The position numbers and the translations under genes are program-made. This document shows, one piece after another, positions 22,233-34,760 of a stretch of DNA of 64,000 nucleotides. The stretch is from assembly GCA_010093815.1 (NCBI GenBank), contig ML996585.1; one strand, given 5' to 3'. The DNA comes from Pseudovirgaria hyperparasitica. Lineage: Eukaryota. Below the pieces are notes generated by a model. It was given only the letters and a program-made list of their open reading frames with translations, was not told the origin of the DNA and made no database searches. Numbering within the stretch: position 1 is the first letter of the stretch; each line of letters begins with the position of its first letter.

Positions 22233-24427
22233 TCACATGCTCGTCTCCGTCTCCGTCGCCGTGCCTTCCTCGTCCACCTCGTTCTCATCCTCACCTTCGC
22301 CACCATCACTCCCATCAACATCCTCCTCCCCCTCCTCCTCCTCATCATCATCATCATCCTCGCTATCCTCGCTATCCTCGCTATCCTCCTCCTCCTCCTC
22401 CTCAGCATCATCCAGCCCCGGAATCCGCTTCCACTCGACATAGTCGCCAACCAACCACCTCTTACTCCTCGGCAGCCGATACGGATCAAAGGGGAAATAG
22501 CTCTCGAGCTGAAACTGCGCGTCGCCAGAACGCCCACTAAGCGCCGTTTCGCGCGCGCCAATCTGCACCTTACTCGCGCCTCCTCCTCCTCCCGACGACA
22601 ACGCGCCCACACCGCCAGACCCGTTGGGTCCAGAGCCGGGCATGTGGCCGAGGCGGACACGCATGTTCGTCTGCAGCTTGGAGTAGACGTAGCTGAACTG
22701 GGTGAAGTTTGCGATGCGGGCGAACTGGGCGACGACGTCGGGTGCGCAGACCTTGAGTGGGTTGAAGCGCGAGTGGAGCAGGGTGCGGTCGAGCTTGGCG
22801 CGGACGTCGGCGTGCCAGTCAAAGTCGTGGCCTTCTGCGAGGGCGATGTCGGGCGTGGAGCAGTTTGCGAATGTCTCTGCGTTGCGCGGCGAGCGTGTGC
22901 AGATAAGGTCGCGCCAGCGGAAGCAGAAGATGTAGAGGAGGGCTTGCACTTGCGCGTAGAAGGGGGCGTAGCGCGCGCGATCGGGCCCGGGGCAGGTCGC
23001 TTCGTTGTGGCGGCGGTAGCGGTCGACGCAGTCTGTGAGGAGGGCGAAGAGGGTGCGGACAACTGGGGCGGAGATGTGTGCTCCTCGGGCCACGAAGGAG
23101 GCGAGGTATGATGCTGCAGCGATGCGCTCCATTGTCGAGCGTGAGTGGGTCGAGTCGATGGTGATGTGGGCCGTGCGGGAGATGAAGGCCTCGGCGAAGT
23201 CAGGTCGGGTTTGGGCGTAGTGGAAGAGGAGGAATTGGACGTGACGGGTGCGTTCGGTGGAGAGGATATCCGAGGCGAATTGGTTCAGGAGGAAAGTAAA
23301 GGACGCGTTGGAGGCGTAGCCACCGTGCACAAAGATGTCATGGTAGTGGGAAAAGACCATGTCAAGTAGTGTATCGAGCTTTTTGGCCTTTTCCTTGAGG
23401 ATCGCGAGCCGCTGGGCTTCGTCGTCTTCATCACTTCCGTCGCTCGAGACTGATTCCCCGTCGCTATCCGAGTCGACATCGTCGTCTTTGATATCGTCGT
23501 TCATTTCATTGACAAGGTCCTCGCCAACACCGTCTTCGAGCTCGTCAAGGTCCGCCTGGATAGCGTTGTCAATCTTCACTAGCTGCTGCATAATAAGTCG
23601 TTGTATCTCGCCATTAAGACTGGTGTGATGGCCGGCAACTTTGAAAAGATTGCTTATATAGTTTGCCAGATATTTGGTGGAATCGTCAATGTGCGGAAAT
23701 CCTTCGTCGAGTATATGTTTGAGTGTAGTTGCCGAAGATGGGACCTTGGTATATATATCTTCAAGACAAGTGTGAGCTCGCTCCCAGATCTCTGTCCGTG
23801 TGATGGTTGGATCGTCCGGGTGTCGCCAACTGGCACGGGGAGCTGATTGCAGTTCAGTCAATGTCTGCCAGCTTGTGCCTCTCCAATCGCACACGACTTA
23901 CGATGACTGAATATAGAGGCAACCTCCTTGTACATGGCCTCACAGTACCCCATATGAGCCGTACCCACAGTCTGAATGAAAGCGCGAAACGCCCGCACAA
24001 AAGCGTCATCCCGGATCGCCCAGTTGCACCCAAGCACGGCGTACACAACACCCGAGAACTTCCGGTCCAGCCGCGCACTCTCAGACGTCAGAGCAATCAG
24101 GTATTTCCGCAACAGGCTGCTGGTCGGGGCGTCTTCGTCCATGGGCTTCACCTTGAACAGCCGGACAATCTGGTCGTAGGCGGCGCTGTCGTCGCTGTCT
24201 GCGCGCTGGACCAGGGCTCGCTTCACCTCCTCGCGGACGAGGTCCATGCCCTTCTCCTTGAAGCCGGGCAGCGCATGCTCTTGGATCTCATCGTTGAACG
24301 CTACTCGAGGTTTTTTGGTGCGGCTTGCGTCGGGCGACGGTGTTGTGTCTGAGAGTTTGCGTTTGAGGATTGGCTTGTGGGGCTGCGGGTCCATTGTATG
24401 GTTACGAACGGTAGCAATAGATACCAT
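22233..24427 (-). CDS. RRN3: RNA polymerase I transcription initiation factor Rrn3
   Basis: Intron 23843-23901 joins the ORFs. Motifs TRHVQFLLFHYAQ, AAASYLASFVARG, FYAQVQALLYIFCFRWRDL, FNPLKVC and LESYFPFDPYRLP, plus an acidic tail. Confidence 0.93.
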
Positions 24428-24804
24428 GATGACGTCGCAGCGATTTCTGCTCGCTGCTACACTACATGGCAGTTGATATTTGGAATAGAGGGGTGAAGAA
24501 GGCGGAGGACGATGACCTACGAGAAAGTTGAGTCGTGTGGGCGGTAAGGCGAGTGGAGCAACCAGGCTAACGTCAAAATCTATCCGCCCCGCTTTATTTT
24601 CTCAGTGATGGCGCGTGCACTACAGCCAATCAAAGCCGCCTTACATAAAGTGAATCAGTATTGCTCATGCGACACAACATCGTGTTTGGAAACAAACGTA
24701 CGATACGACAGGTCTCGTATATTCTGGAGTGATCTTAGCATGCTATGTGCCACACCTAACTTTTCCCTTCTTTTATGTCCAATTCTAGTAATATGTAGCA
24801 TTCA

Positions 24805-27800
24805 TCATTCCTCGCTGTCGTCCGAGTCAACAACCCGTCTCAGCCGTTTCCTCCCAGCCTGCTGGGCAACTACTACAGGGCCTTCTTCTTCGTTCTCGCT
24901 GCTAACATCCAGCACCTCCGCAGGTGGCACCGCACCCTTCTTCCGAGGCCGTGCAAACGACGTAGCATCCGGTAGCTCCTCATCACTGTCATCATTGTCG
25001 TGGACGCTACTGCTGAATAGATGGCTGGGTCTGATTCGTGACGGCGGAGGCGGAGAAGACGTCGCGATTGGCACCGGCTCGAGATCGTCCGCGATGAAGT
25101 CTGCAAGCTCAGAGTCTGGCACGTCGTCTTCTTCGTCTTCGCCAGACGTGTCGGAGTCGCCTAATGAGACTGCTTGTGAAAGGAAGCGCATGCGAGGGTC
25201 TGTGGCTGGAGGACTGCTGCTTCGCCCATCTGCCACCATGTCATCCTCAATCATGTCGGAGACACGATTGCTGACTGTCGTTTTTGCTCCCCGGCGCGGC
25301 GCCTTAGGTGCCTTTGGTGTTTTGGGAGCCTTGGGAGCTCTCGGTGCTCGAGGAGCCTTCGGCGCCTTCGTATGCTTGGGTAGAGGAAGGGTGTCCATGT
25401 CGACATCAAACTCTACAATCTCGACTGCATCGCGCACCATGTCGACATCCATATTGATAAAGTCTCTCGGTAGTCCAAGATCTTCTTCCGAAGTCGTATC
25501 CAAAGTCACTCCCATGTCCTCCCATCTACTTACTCGCGCAGCGTCGACAGTAGACATTGCATTGACTGCCTTTACGAAGCCCTTTGAAGCCCTGCCTGGA
25601 GACTTGAACGCTATCGTACGATACGGCTGCCGCTGACGCTCGGGGTAGCGCGTCAGATTCGGCAGAGTTATGACCTCGGAGTCATCAGTAACACTCAGGT
25701 ACCTATCGAGCTGTGCTTCTTCGCTGGGACTAAGCACGAGCTCACTTAGTGGCGGGTTGATGGCTATGTCGTCGCGTGGCGCTGCCTGGGCTTTGGCTTT
25801 TGCGGGTTTATGATTTTGAGATAGCTCAACAAAAACAGGATCGTCGTTTAGCCGCGACACGCTCACGAATCCAGTGATGGCGCCGTCGGGCATGTTGAAC
25901 TTCTTAGGAGGGCGCTTTGGTGCACGTCCGCCACGCTTCTTGGGTTCTGGAAGGCCTTCTTGTGAATTTTCCAGTGGTATATCTACCACGCGCTTGTCGA
26001 CGAGGGGCTGGAACTCCTTGGGAACAATTCTGCGATTACGGTCGTCGTGAAAGGTGAATCTAGTGCCATTGGCAATCATTTCTTGCATCTTCTCATAATT
26101 GTCCTTGGCTTTGGCCGCGTCCGTCTCTTCTTTGCCTTTCATCTGGAGCAGAATGATCTTGCCCGCCCGCTTGCGACCTGTTCTGCCCATCCGCTGAAGC
26201 ATCCGTATGGGCGACGCCTTCGAGTCGTAGCAGACGATCAGATCAATCTCGCCGATATCGAGGCCTTCTTCGCCGATAGAGGTCGCAACAAGCGTGTTGT
26301 ATGCACCAGTCTTGAACTTGTGCATGATTTCGAGCTGGTACTTCTGGTCCATGCCGTCCGAGTTGCGCGACGCTGCCTGTCCGACAAACACATGGGCCCG
26401 GATCATGGGTTCGTGGCGCTTCAGCACGCGTACAATGTCCTCAGCGCTGTCTCTCCAATGCGCAAAGATCATGACTCTGGTGCTCGAGGGCGGTTGGCAG
26501 TCAAGTCCGCGGCCGTCGCCTGCATCCATGAAATGCGTCAAGACGCGCTGTGTGAGGAACTCCAGCTTCGGGTGCCCAATGAAGTCTGGAAGATTGTTCC
26601 ATGTCCGCAGACGGGACATCATCTTTTGGAAGTCTTCATTCTGGACGATTTCTTTTCTGTACTTTCCGCCATTGGTGTCCCCTTGGTCTTGGAAATGTTG
26701 CAGTCCAGAGTAGAAGGGTCGCATGCCATGATATTTGAGGAGATCCATGCTATGAGCCAGACTGGCCAACGTCGAAAATATTGTTTTGACCATGCCCTTC
26801 ACAGCGTATGGAGCCTTTCTGCCCGCGTCCGAAGCGAACCACTGGCCCATTGCTTTGGTGAGGCCGAAGGGGGTAAGAGCGATGGGATCCTTGACCCAAT
26901 ATGCATTTTGGCCGTTTAGTCGAGCCAACACAGGTCGCACAGCTTTCGAGTAGAGGTCCATGCACATTTCCATCTCGTCTGTGTTGTCGAACACATGCTT
27001 GTCGATTTGTCTATGGTAGACGTATTGGCGAATGTCAAGAGACTGTTCTGTCCGTATCTCCACTCTCGAAATGTCGAGGCTGTCAATGACCTCCTGGACA
27101 GATTCGACATCCGAGCCAGGCGTAGCGGTCAGGGCAAGTACCCTAAAGCTCTGATTGAAGCGACGCACGAACTTGACGATCTCGGCATAGGCATATGCTC
27201 CCGTGGCTTTGTGGGCTTCGTCGATGACTATCAGGATGAGCCTTTTCGGGTCGCAGATGCCAGATTTCAGATCATTGATCATGGTTTGGGGAGTCATGAA
27301 GAAGACTCGCTTCGACGACCACTCCTCGGCACGGAGACCCGGGCTCACACCGCCCGTGAGCATTGAGGTGTCGGAGCGCGGAATACCTGCAATCCCAAAA
27401 CATGCCTGAACCTGCTGAGACACAAGAGGCTTGGTCGGCGCGACAAAGACAATCTGCGCGCTTTTCGTCCAGCGATACCAGTTGAGCATGATGGTTGCAG
27501 CGATGAAAGTCTTTCCCAGACCCGTCGGCAGAGCGACGAGTAGGTTGTGGAACAATCCTCGCTGCACAATGTTAAATTGATAATCACGAATCGAGCCAAT
27601 GTTGATGGGATATATCCAAGTCGTCATTGCGTCTATATTCAACTGGTGGTGGGTTGGAGGCTCATCCTGTGCTGGCTTTGCATGATCCAGGCGGTTGTTG
27701 AGCTGCGATGCCGGTCTGGCTTCCAGGCCCCGACCGAACAGCGTGGTTTGACGTAGACCTGTCTGTGGTGCTGCAACGACTCCGCCAACGCCTGCCCGCG

Positions 27801-28517
27801 AGGATTGCGATTTCTGCGGTGATGATGATGAGTAGTCAAATGCATCCGACGGGATATCAGCAAGCTCTCCATTTGTGTCAAAACCAGTAGTGAATCTGGG
27901 TCTCATCAGTGACTCGGTCCATGCAAATGCTAGCAAAGAGAAGCTGACCGCGGTATTACTAGAGACTCAAACGCATCGTCTGAATCAGAACATTCGGCGG
28001 CCCCAACTTGAGGTGTCTGCTTCTTCTTCTTCTTTGATGGTGGGAGGCCGACGCCAGTACGGCTGACGTAGCCATTCCTGTGAGGCGAGTCACTGCTCGG
28101 GATCTGTGAGGCAGTATATTGATAGGTGGGAACTTTAGTAGACGTCTTCACGACTGCTTTACGAGCACCAGGGCGCTGGAGTTTTGATCCATGTGCTACC
28201 CCTCCTCCATTAACCTTCCCAGCGGCAGGTCTAGGAGGTGGCGCAAATCGATTCTTCATGGCATGCAATTCACTCGCGAGCGGAGCTGGACCGGATGCAT
28301 TTGCAGACTTCTCACGCCCGAAGCCATAGGCATTGAGGCTGCCATTTGCGTAGCCAGTGCGACTGTCAAGCTTGAGGCGCTTGGCCGGACGTGGCGAGTC
28401 CTCGAAATCGGCAGCGGCAGCGGCAGCGGCAGCATCTGTTGGAGCATCTCCAGTGAGCAGTCCTGTGGCAGCGATAAGGTCATCGTCGTCGAAATCGCCA
28501 TAGTCGCTGTCGGGCAT
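24805..28517 (-). CDS. MPH1: FANCM-family DEAH DNA helicase Mph1/Fml1
   Basis: [40 protein letters not shown] and QRMGRTGR. In-frame intron 27896-27948 (GTCAGC...ACTGAT...CAG). Confidence 0.93.
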
Positions 28518-28539
28518 TGTGTTGAGCCATTAATTCTGC

Positions 28540-28655
28540 GTGCGCGCGTGATTGAGCAATCAATGTTGATGATGCTCGCGTCGGCCTTGGGGTGAGGTGA
28601 GGTTGAGTAGTTGCCTTGGATGTAAGGCATCAAGACGCGTCTCATCTCACGCGCC
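28540..28655. promoter_or_regulatory. Cluster of MCB-like ACGCG elements upstream of MPH1
   Basis: ACGCGT at 28635-28640, plus ACGCG copies near 28546, 28577 (minus) and 28649 within about 140 bp of the start codon. Confidence 0.45.
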
Positions 28656-29289
28656 TGCGATTGATTGTTGTTCCTGTGATATCTAAGGAGCAGGCATGCA
28701 CTAACATTTCGGCCATCTCCTGCAAACAGTGGGCAGTATCTGCCATTCCATCGTGTTTCTCACGCAAGAAGAGTCTGCTGAAGAGTAATCATCTCCATCT
28801 CCAACATCAGCATCCTACGCACGTACTTGTATGCACGATGCATCGTACTTTGTTGATCTGAGATTCGATTTCTGCGGGGAACCTGCTCCTTAAGAACGGG
28901 CGCCCCTTGAAACCCAGACTGGCCAGCCAGTCCTTGCCTTGTGACAGTAATTAAAATTCCCACAGGCGGCGCTAAGATGAGCAGAAAGGGGAAAGGGAGT
29001 GTTGGAGTGGTCTGAGAACCTTGTTTGGGGCCTTGTCTGGCCTTGTTTTTATGCGGCGACAATTGCCAGTTCCAATAATTTCCATTTCCCTCTAATTTGG
29101 GTGACATTTCGCGGCAAACTAAAACCCTTCGTTTTCCCGCTCCTCTTGCACACACTCGTTCACTCACTCACTCACTCACACACTCGTTACTCTTTTTCTT
29201 ACATTCGCTTTCAACAGACACTTTTTCTTCCTTCCAAACCTTCAAATCTCACTTCTAAACCACTAAATCTCTCATCCAAACCACCGAAA

Positions 29290-29871
29290 ATGAAGTTCTC
29301 CACCCTCGCCCTCACCACCTTCGCCGCCGCCGTCTGCGCCCAAGACGCGCCCACAACCGTCCACTCGGCCCCCTCCATGACCGTCTCCCTCCGGCCCGAA
29401 GTCTCGTGCGTGAACGCCTGTCCGATCGGCGACGTCAACTGCCAGGCCCGCTGCGTCGGCGTGCCCTTCCCCGACGAGAACCAGACCAACCAGACCAACG
29501 AGTGCGCCGGCAAGTGCGACCAGGGCGACGGCTCCCCCGAGGCCACGGAGAAGTTCTCGCAGTGTGTGCAGGGCTGCATCTCGTCGTACTTTTTGACTGC
29601 GACGGCCGCGCCGACGGCGGGTGGTGCCGCGCCGAGTGGTGGTGCTGCGCCGACGGGTGCGGGTCAGACTACGGGGCCTTCGTCGGGTGAGTTTTTGCGA
29701 TGGGTTGAGGGGTTGAGGTGTGATTGATGCTGATTGTGATGCTTAGGATCGCCGTCTGAGACTGGTAGCGGTGCGCAGCCGTCTGGCTCGCAGGGCGCTG
29801 CTGCTGGAAGCGTGCAGATGAATGTTGCGACTGGCTTTGTCGGTCTGTTCATGGCCATGCTTGCTCTCTAA
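29290..29871 (+). CDS. Small Cys-rich secreted, probably GPI-anchored protein
   Basis: Signal peptide MKFSTLALTTFAAAVCA, 8-Cys domain, S/T/G/A linker and hydrophobic C-terminus (GFVGLFMAMLAL*). Intron 29687-29746. Confidence 0.85.
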
Positions 29872-32800
29872 GACAGACATGCACGATGCCCATAGTCTTC
29901 TAGCTAAGGTAGTCTGTCACCTCTCCACGACATAATACGACGGTGTGGTCTCGGACTTTCATCATCATCACGAACGATACGTCCGAGCTGAGACGACGGT
30001 TATCTGAAAGGGACGCATTTCAAGGGTTGTAGTATAGTAGTGATTCGGCCTGACTGGCTGTAACCCACGCGCCGGGGGAGGGGGTTCAAATACATGGTAT
30101 AATATGGAGTTTTACTTTTCTACTTTGCGCAAACTGTTTCCGTCGTGCGTGTGCGTGCGTGCATGCGTGCATGCGTACATGTATGCATATATGAACCGAG
30201 TAGCGTGCCGATGATCTCGGTATCGCGTGAGCTGGATGCGTGTGTCACGTGACGTGCATTCGAAACTTACAAGCCCGGTCTGCCAGGGCCCAGTGGTGGC
30301 AGGCATCAAACTCTACTCCGGCCTACCACCACCACCTAATTACCAACAATCATCACTATCATAAAGTATGATTATAGCAACACTCCCACTCCTCGTCTAG
30401 TCGTAGAGTAGTGCTTCTTAAATGCACATGCCATGTGCAAACGTTAATACTGTATCACCCAAAGCTCCCCGGCCGGCCGGAGTTACATACCTGTGCGGGC
30501 ATCAAGTTGGGCTCATGGAAGTCTTGGAGATGCACGCGGTGGTGCGTGTTCTCGGCTGACCTCGGCGGGTTTGCGTGCTGCTTGCTTGCTTGTTTGCTTG
30601 CTTGCTTGGGAGACAGGCGTGTGGTAGGTACATGAGTGTCAGTGTGTGTTGTGCAGTGCTGGCTGGCTGGCTGGCTGGAGGGAGGGAGGATGGGCGGATG
30701 GGCGGATGGCGCAGGTATGGCGCAGGCGGCACTCCGTCTGGCCTTGGGGGATGGATCTACAGAGTATTATCATGTTGAGTGAGTGATGACTGACTGGCTG
30801 ACTGAGTAATGATGGCGAGTAAGCAGTCTATCAAGTATTATATCATCCATTCGCCTGTTACTGTGACTGTGACTGTTACTGTTACTGTTGCTATCACAGG
30901 CCATCCCATCCAACCCCCCAAAGCGCCGCCGTTAGGTTTCAAACAGCGTAAAACGCGCCGGAGCTCGAACAGGTCAAGTCCCAGGTCCCTCCCCCAGGCT
31001 ACTACTACTGGATCCCAGACTAATTAGTATTAATTAGGTCCCTCCCCCCGTGCCTGCACGTCAAAACGGGCGCATCGCATCGTACTTACTTGCTCACGTG
31101 ACGGCGTGGGATTCATTACTAGGACGTACACTCTATAAACGTCTCAAAGTCTTGAAAAGAATGGAGGAAGAAAAGATAAAAAGGAAGAGAAAGCCAAAAG
31201 AAGAGAATGGCGCACTAAGCCCCCGACAAAGCCGTGACACGCTGACTGGTGGGGTTTGGTGATGGCTTGATGACTACGTATGGTATGGTATGGTAAAGTT
31301 CGTGTAGAGTACGATGCGTGGGCTGCTTATTTTTACATACATCCATAGCACTGCCGCTGCTGTTCCTTGCTTTGCTTGGGGGTGTGGCTTAGGACTGCTA
31401 CAGAACAGTACAGTACAGTACAGTACAATACATAACATACCTTACACCCTCCCCGTCCCCCACCCATCCCCTTGGCCCTGTCCTGCCCTGTCCCGCCCCT
31501 GTCTTGCCTTGTAAGTAAGAAGTCAGAAGTTAGAAGTAAGAAAGCGATGCTGACGAAGCCTTGTTCGTTTCGATGCGGTACGTGCGTGCGTGCGGCTGTC
31601 TCATGTCTCTCTCTGCCATGTCTCAATGTTCTTCAATTTATGTACTGTATGTATATCGAAGTGCGCGTTTTAATTGTCTCGTTTGGGTTGGTAGTAGGTA
31701 GGTAGGTAGTGAGTGGTAGGGGTACCCGGGTCCCTCCCACCCCTCCCCGCTTTCTGCGTTTTGAAAGTAATTTTGCTGGCTGTGTGTACTTGCACTTGGA
31801 GGGCTTAGTAAGGGATGAGGCTGTGCTGCTGTGGCAGATGGAGGATACTGCGATATTCCACACTATTCCACATTATTCCCCGTTTCTCTAGCAGATTGCG
31901 TATTCAGTCAGACTGTTGTGTAGCCTTGTTCGAACTGTTATGGTACTTTAGCTCCTACGTCGGTAGGTAGGTAGTAATTCAGTAGTGTTGACTGGCCTTT
32001 TGTCTTTTTCGCGCGTTGGCGGCCAATCCAGGGCAGGCAGGCTGGCAGGCTGGCTTTGTGTCCGATTGCGTGCCCCGGTCCATCCATCAGCCATCAGCCA
32101 TCAGCCATCAGCCATTACAGTATCCACCCGTTGCTGACATTGGGCGGAGTGGCGATTGGATCGGTGGGCGCATCATGTTCGGTGAAGCTTTTTTTTTTCT
32201 TTCTCCACGCTGTTACTTTATGTGCTGTGTGCTCGTGTGTGCTGTCGCTCTGACTTCCTCTGCTGGAGACTAACCCATGTATCTATCGTACTATAATATC
32301 AGGCCCGTTTCTTCTACATCTGAGTGGTGGTTTCATGCGATCCATCGCGCCAGAATAGGCCACGAGCATAACACTTGTTTTGTATGTGCAGTTCAACTGC
32401 CACGACCGAGACGTCTACGTGAAGATAGTATGGATGGAATTAATGAGTGAATGGATGGATGGATGAACTGGCCTCCAGCTCACAGAAGGCTGTGGTCGAG
32501 TGAGTGGATTAATGACTCGACAGAGTTGGGCGGATCTGCAGACTGAGTGACTGCAAGCAAAGTAAAGGGTAATAAATGACGATACTGCGCCCATCGAACG
32601 TCTAAGCGCTTCGAATTGTTCTCATTATCATTCTTCTTCTTCTCCTTCTTCCTCTTCTCTACCATCAAGACGTCCCCTGGCGATATAGGCAAGACTATAG
32701 CTCAATCAGGCCCTTCGAGACAGCAAGCGGCAGAAGTGAAGTGAGTGGGAAGTGAGACTGGGGGTTTTGTGGTGGTGCGTAACAGGACACTAGGCCTAAC

Positions 32801-34175
32801 GCGATCTAGGATACGCTAGACCAGGGTTCTGCAACGCTAGTGCCGCTTTCGGAGGCGATGCGTTCAAAGCACCTCGTGGTTCAAACATCTTCCTGACTTA
32901 GCGACGAGGATTCTTGTCTCATCCTTTCTTCCCCCTCCCCCCTCCCCCGGCTTCAAAATCACATAACGTTTTGCCGGGACTATACTCGACGACTGGCACG
33001 ACACTAAAAGGGCATCTCGCATGGGTGAATGTGTGTGTGTGTATATATGTGTTGTATTTGCCTTATGATCCGTGACTCTAATCAAGTACTCCGGGGAACC
33101 CGCGACGCCCCGGAAGCACGGGTCTGATCAGGCCAAAAGACGAGTCTGGGGGCTAGGGGAGTCGAAAAAGTGCGCGATGGATAGAGACGGGCTTGGGGAG
33201 GGCAGTTCTGATGACGAGAATGGTAGACGGGCGTTTGTTGGGGACGAAAGAGAGATGAAGGGCAGATGGAGGATAGAGAGGACGTGGAAATAGGTGTGGA
33301 AGAAGGGCCCCACGCTGCGGCAGGGTCGCGCGCGCGGATTCGATCTGCGGCCAACGAACATGGAAAATGACATACGTAGGTATTAGTAGTGTAGCTTGGA
33401 GGCGGCAGGACTAGACCACACACACACACATCTGATGATGATGATGATAATACTACTACTACTGCTGCTGCTGCTGTCCACGTACTACCAACACTGACCT
33501 GAATTACACGTGGAGCATGATCATGTATGTTTGACTGTAGCTGCACACGCGATCTCTGGCTGGGAGTGTGTGTGTGTGTGGCGCATGGAAGAAGGGTGTT
33601 GTTGTTCCTTGTTCCTGCGGATGGATCCATTAGGTGTGTGGTGGCCATATACACCTACCTCACTTATCGTCGCCGTACGTAGAGAGAGAGAGGCAGAACG
33701 ATGTGGCAGAGACTGCTATAATAACGATAACAATGACGATGATAATGATGAAGAAGAAGATGATGACGATGATAATAATAGCCACTACTACATACATACA
33801 GTACTACTACTACTACAGCCATAACAAGAGGCATGGGACAGGCTCGGCACGCCGCCGCGTAGGTCCATGTTTTAATCGTTCTATTACTGTATTACTTGCA
33901 TCCATCACATCAGGTTCTGCTCTTGGCTTTTCTTCTCTTCTTCCTCTTGTTCTTCTTCTCCAGTCTTGGAGCCCCAGAGCCGCCGTCTCTCTCTCTCTCT
34001 CTCTCTTCATCTGCTTCATCTGCTTCATCATCCTCTTCTTCTACTTCTTTTTTTCTCCATCTCCATCTTCCCCATCTTCCCCAATCCGTCCATCCATCCA
34101 TCCATCCATCCATCTTCCTCCCTCTCCCTCCCACTCACTACACTTACTCTCCCACATCTCCGCTGCCATCCAAGC

Positions 34176-34244
34176 TTACTACTACTACCACTACCACTAC
34201 CACTACCACTACCACTACCACTACCACTACCACTACCACCACTA
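34176..34244. repeat. (ACTACC)n microsatellite upstream of SNT2
   Basis: Direct reading of the tandem hexamer. Confidence 0.95.
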
Positions 34245-34760
34245 CTTTCTACCTGACCTTCCTCCGTGACCCACTTTTTTTTATTCCTCGCTCCCTTCCC
34301 CTTCCCTTCCGACACTTTCTTTCTTCCTTTCCTTCTCCCTCCCCCATAAATCACTTTCTCCTTCACACACAACACACCCACACGCTCCTTTGCTTTCACC
34401 AATTCGCGCCGCTGTCCCACGGTCTACTTTGCAAGCCAATCTTGCTCTTGGCTTGTATTCCCCCCCCCCCCTTGATCCTTACCCAGGGTACACGTTCAAC
34501 GGCTAGCCGCATCGGCCGTTCCAGCGGTGCTTGCCATATCAACGGCTTTTCTTGATATATCCTCTCTCTCACTCTCTCTCTCTCTCCAACAACACTCCAT
34601 CCTCAGCCACCACCACCACCACCACCACTTATCCTGTAATTCTTCGACCACACCCAGCCCCGGCGCGTCTATCTCGACCACACGTCCGTTGGCTTTTACT
34701 GGTCTTCTCTATCCCTGTGACGCCTACAGAGCATACCAGGTACCAACTACTGTGGCCTTC

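Noticed and set aside
22062..23111. Long antisense or alternate-frame ORFs over RRN3 (similar ones over MPH1, SNT2 and DUF726)
   Set aside because: These are shadows of GC-rich, codon-biased real genes with low-complexity translations.
32695..32730. A-box-like TAGCTCAATCAGG
   Set aside because: No B box or tRNA stems at the right spacing.
33600..34560. Multiple 70-220 aa ORFs upstream of SNT2 and at 40600-41650
   Set aside because: They are microsatellite-derived homopolymeric translations.
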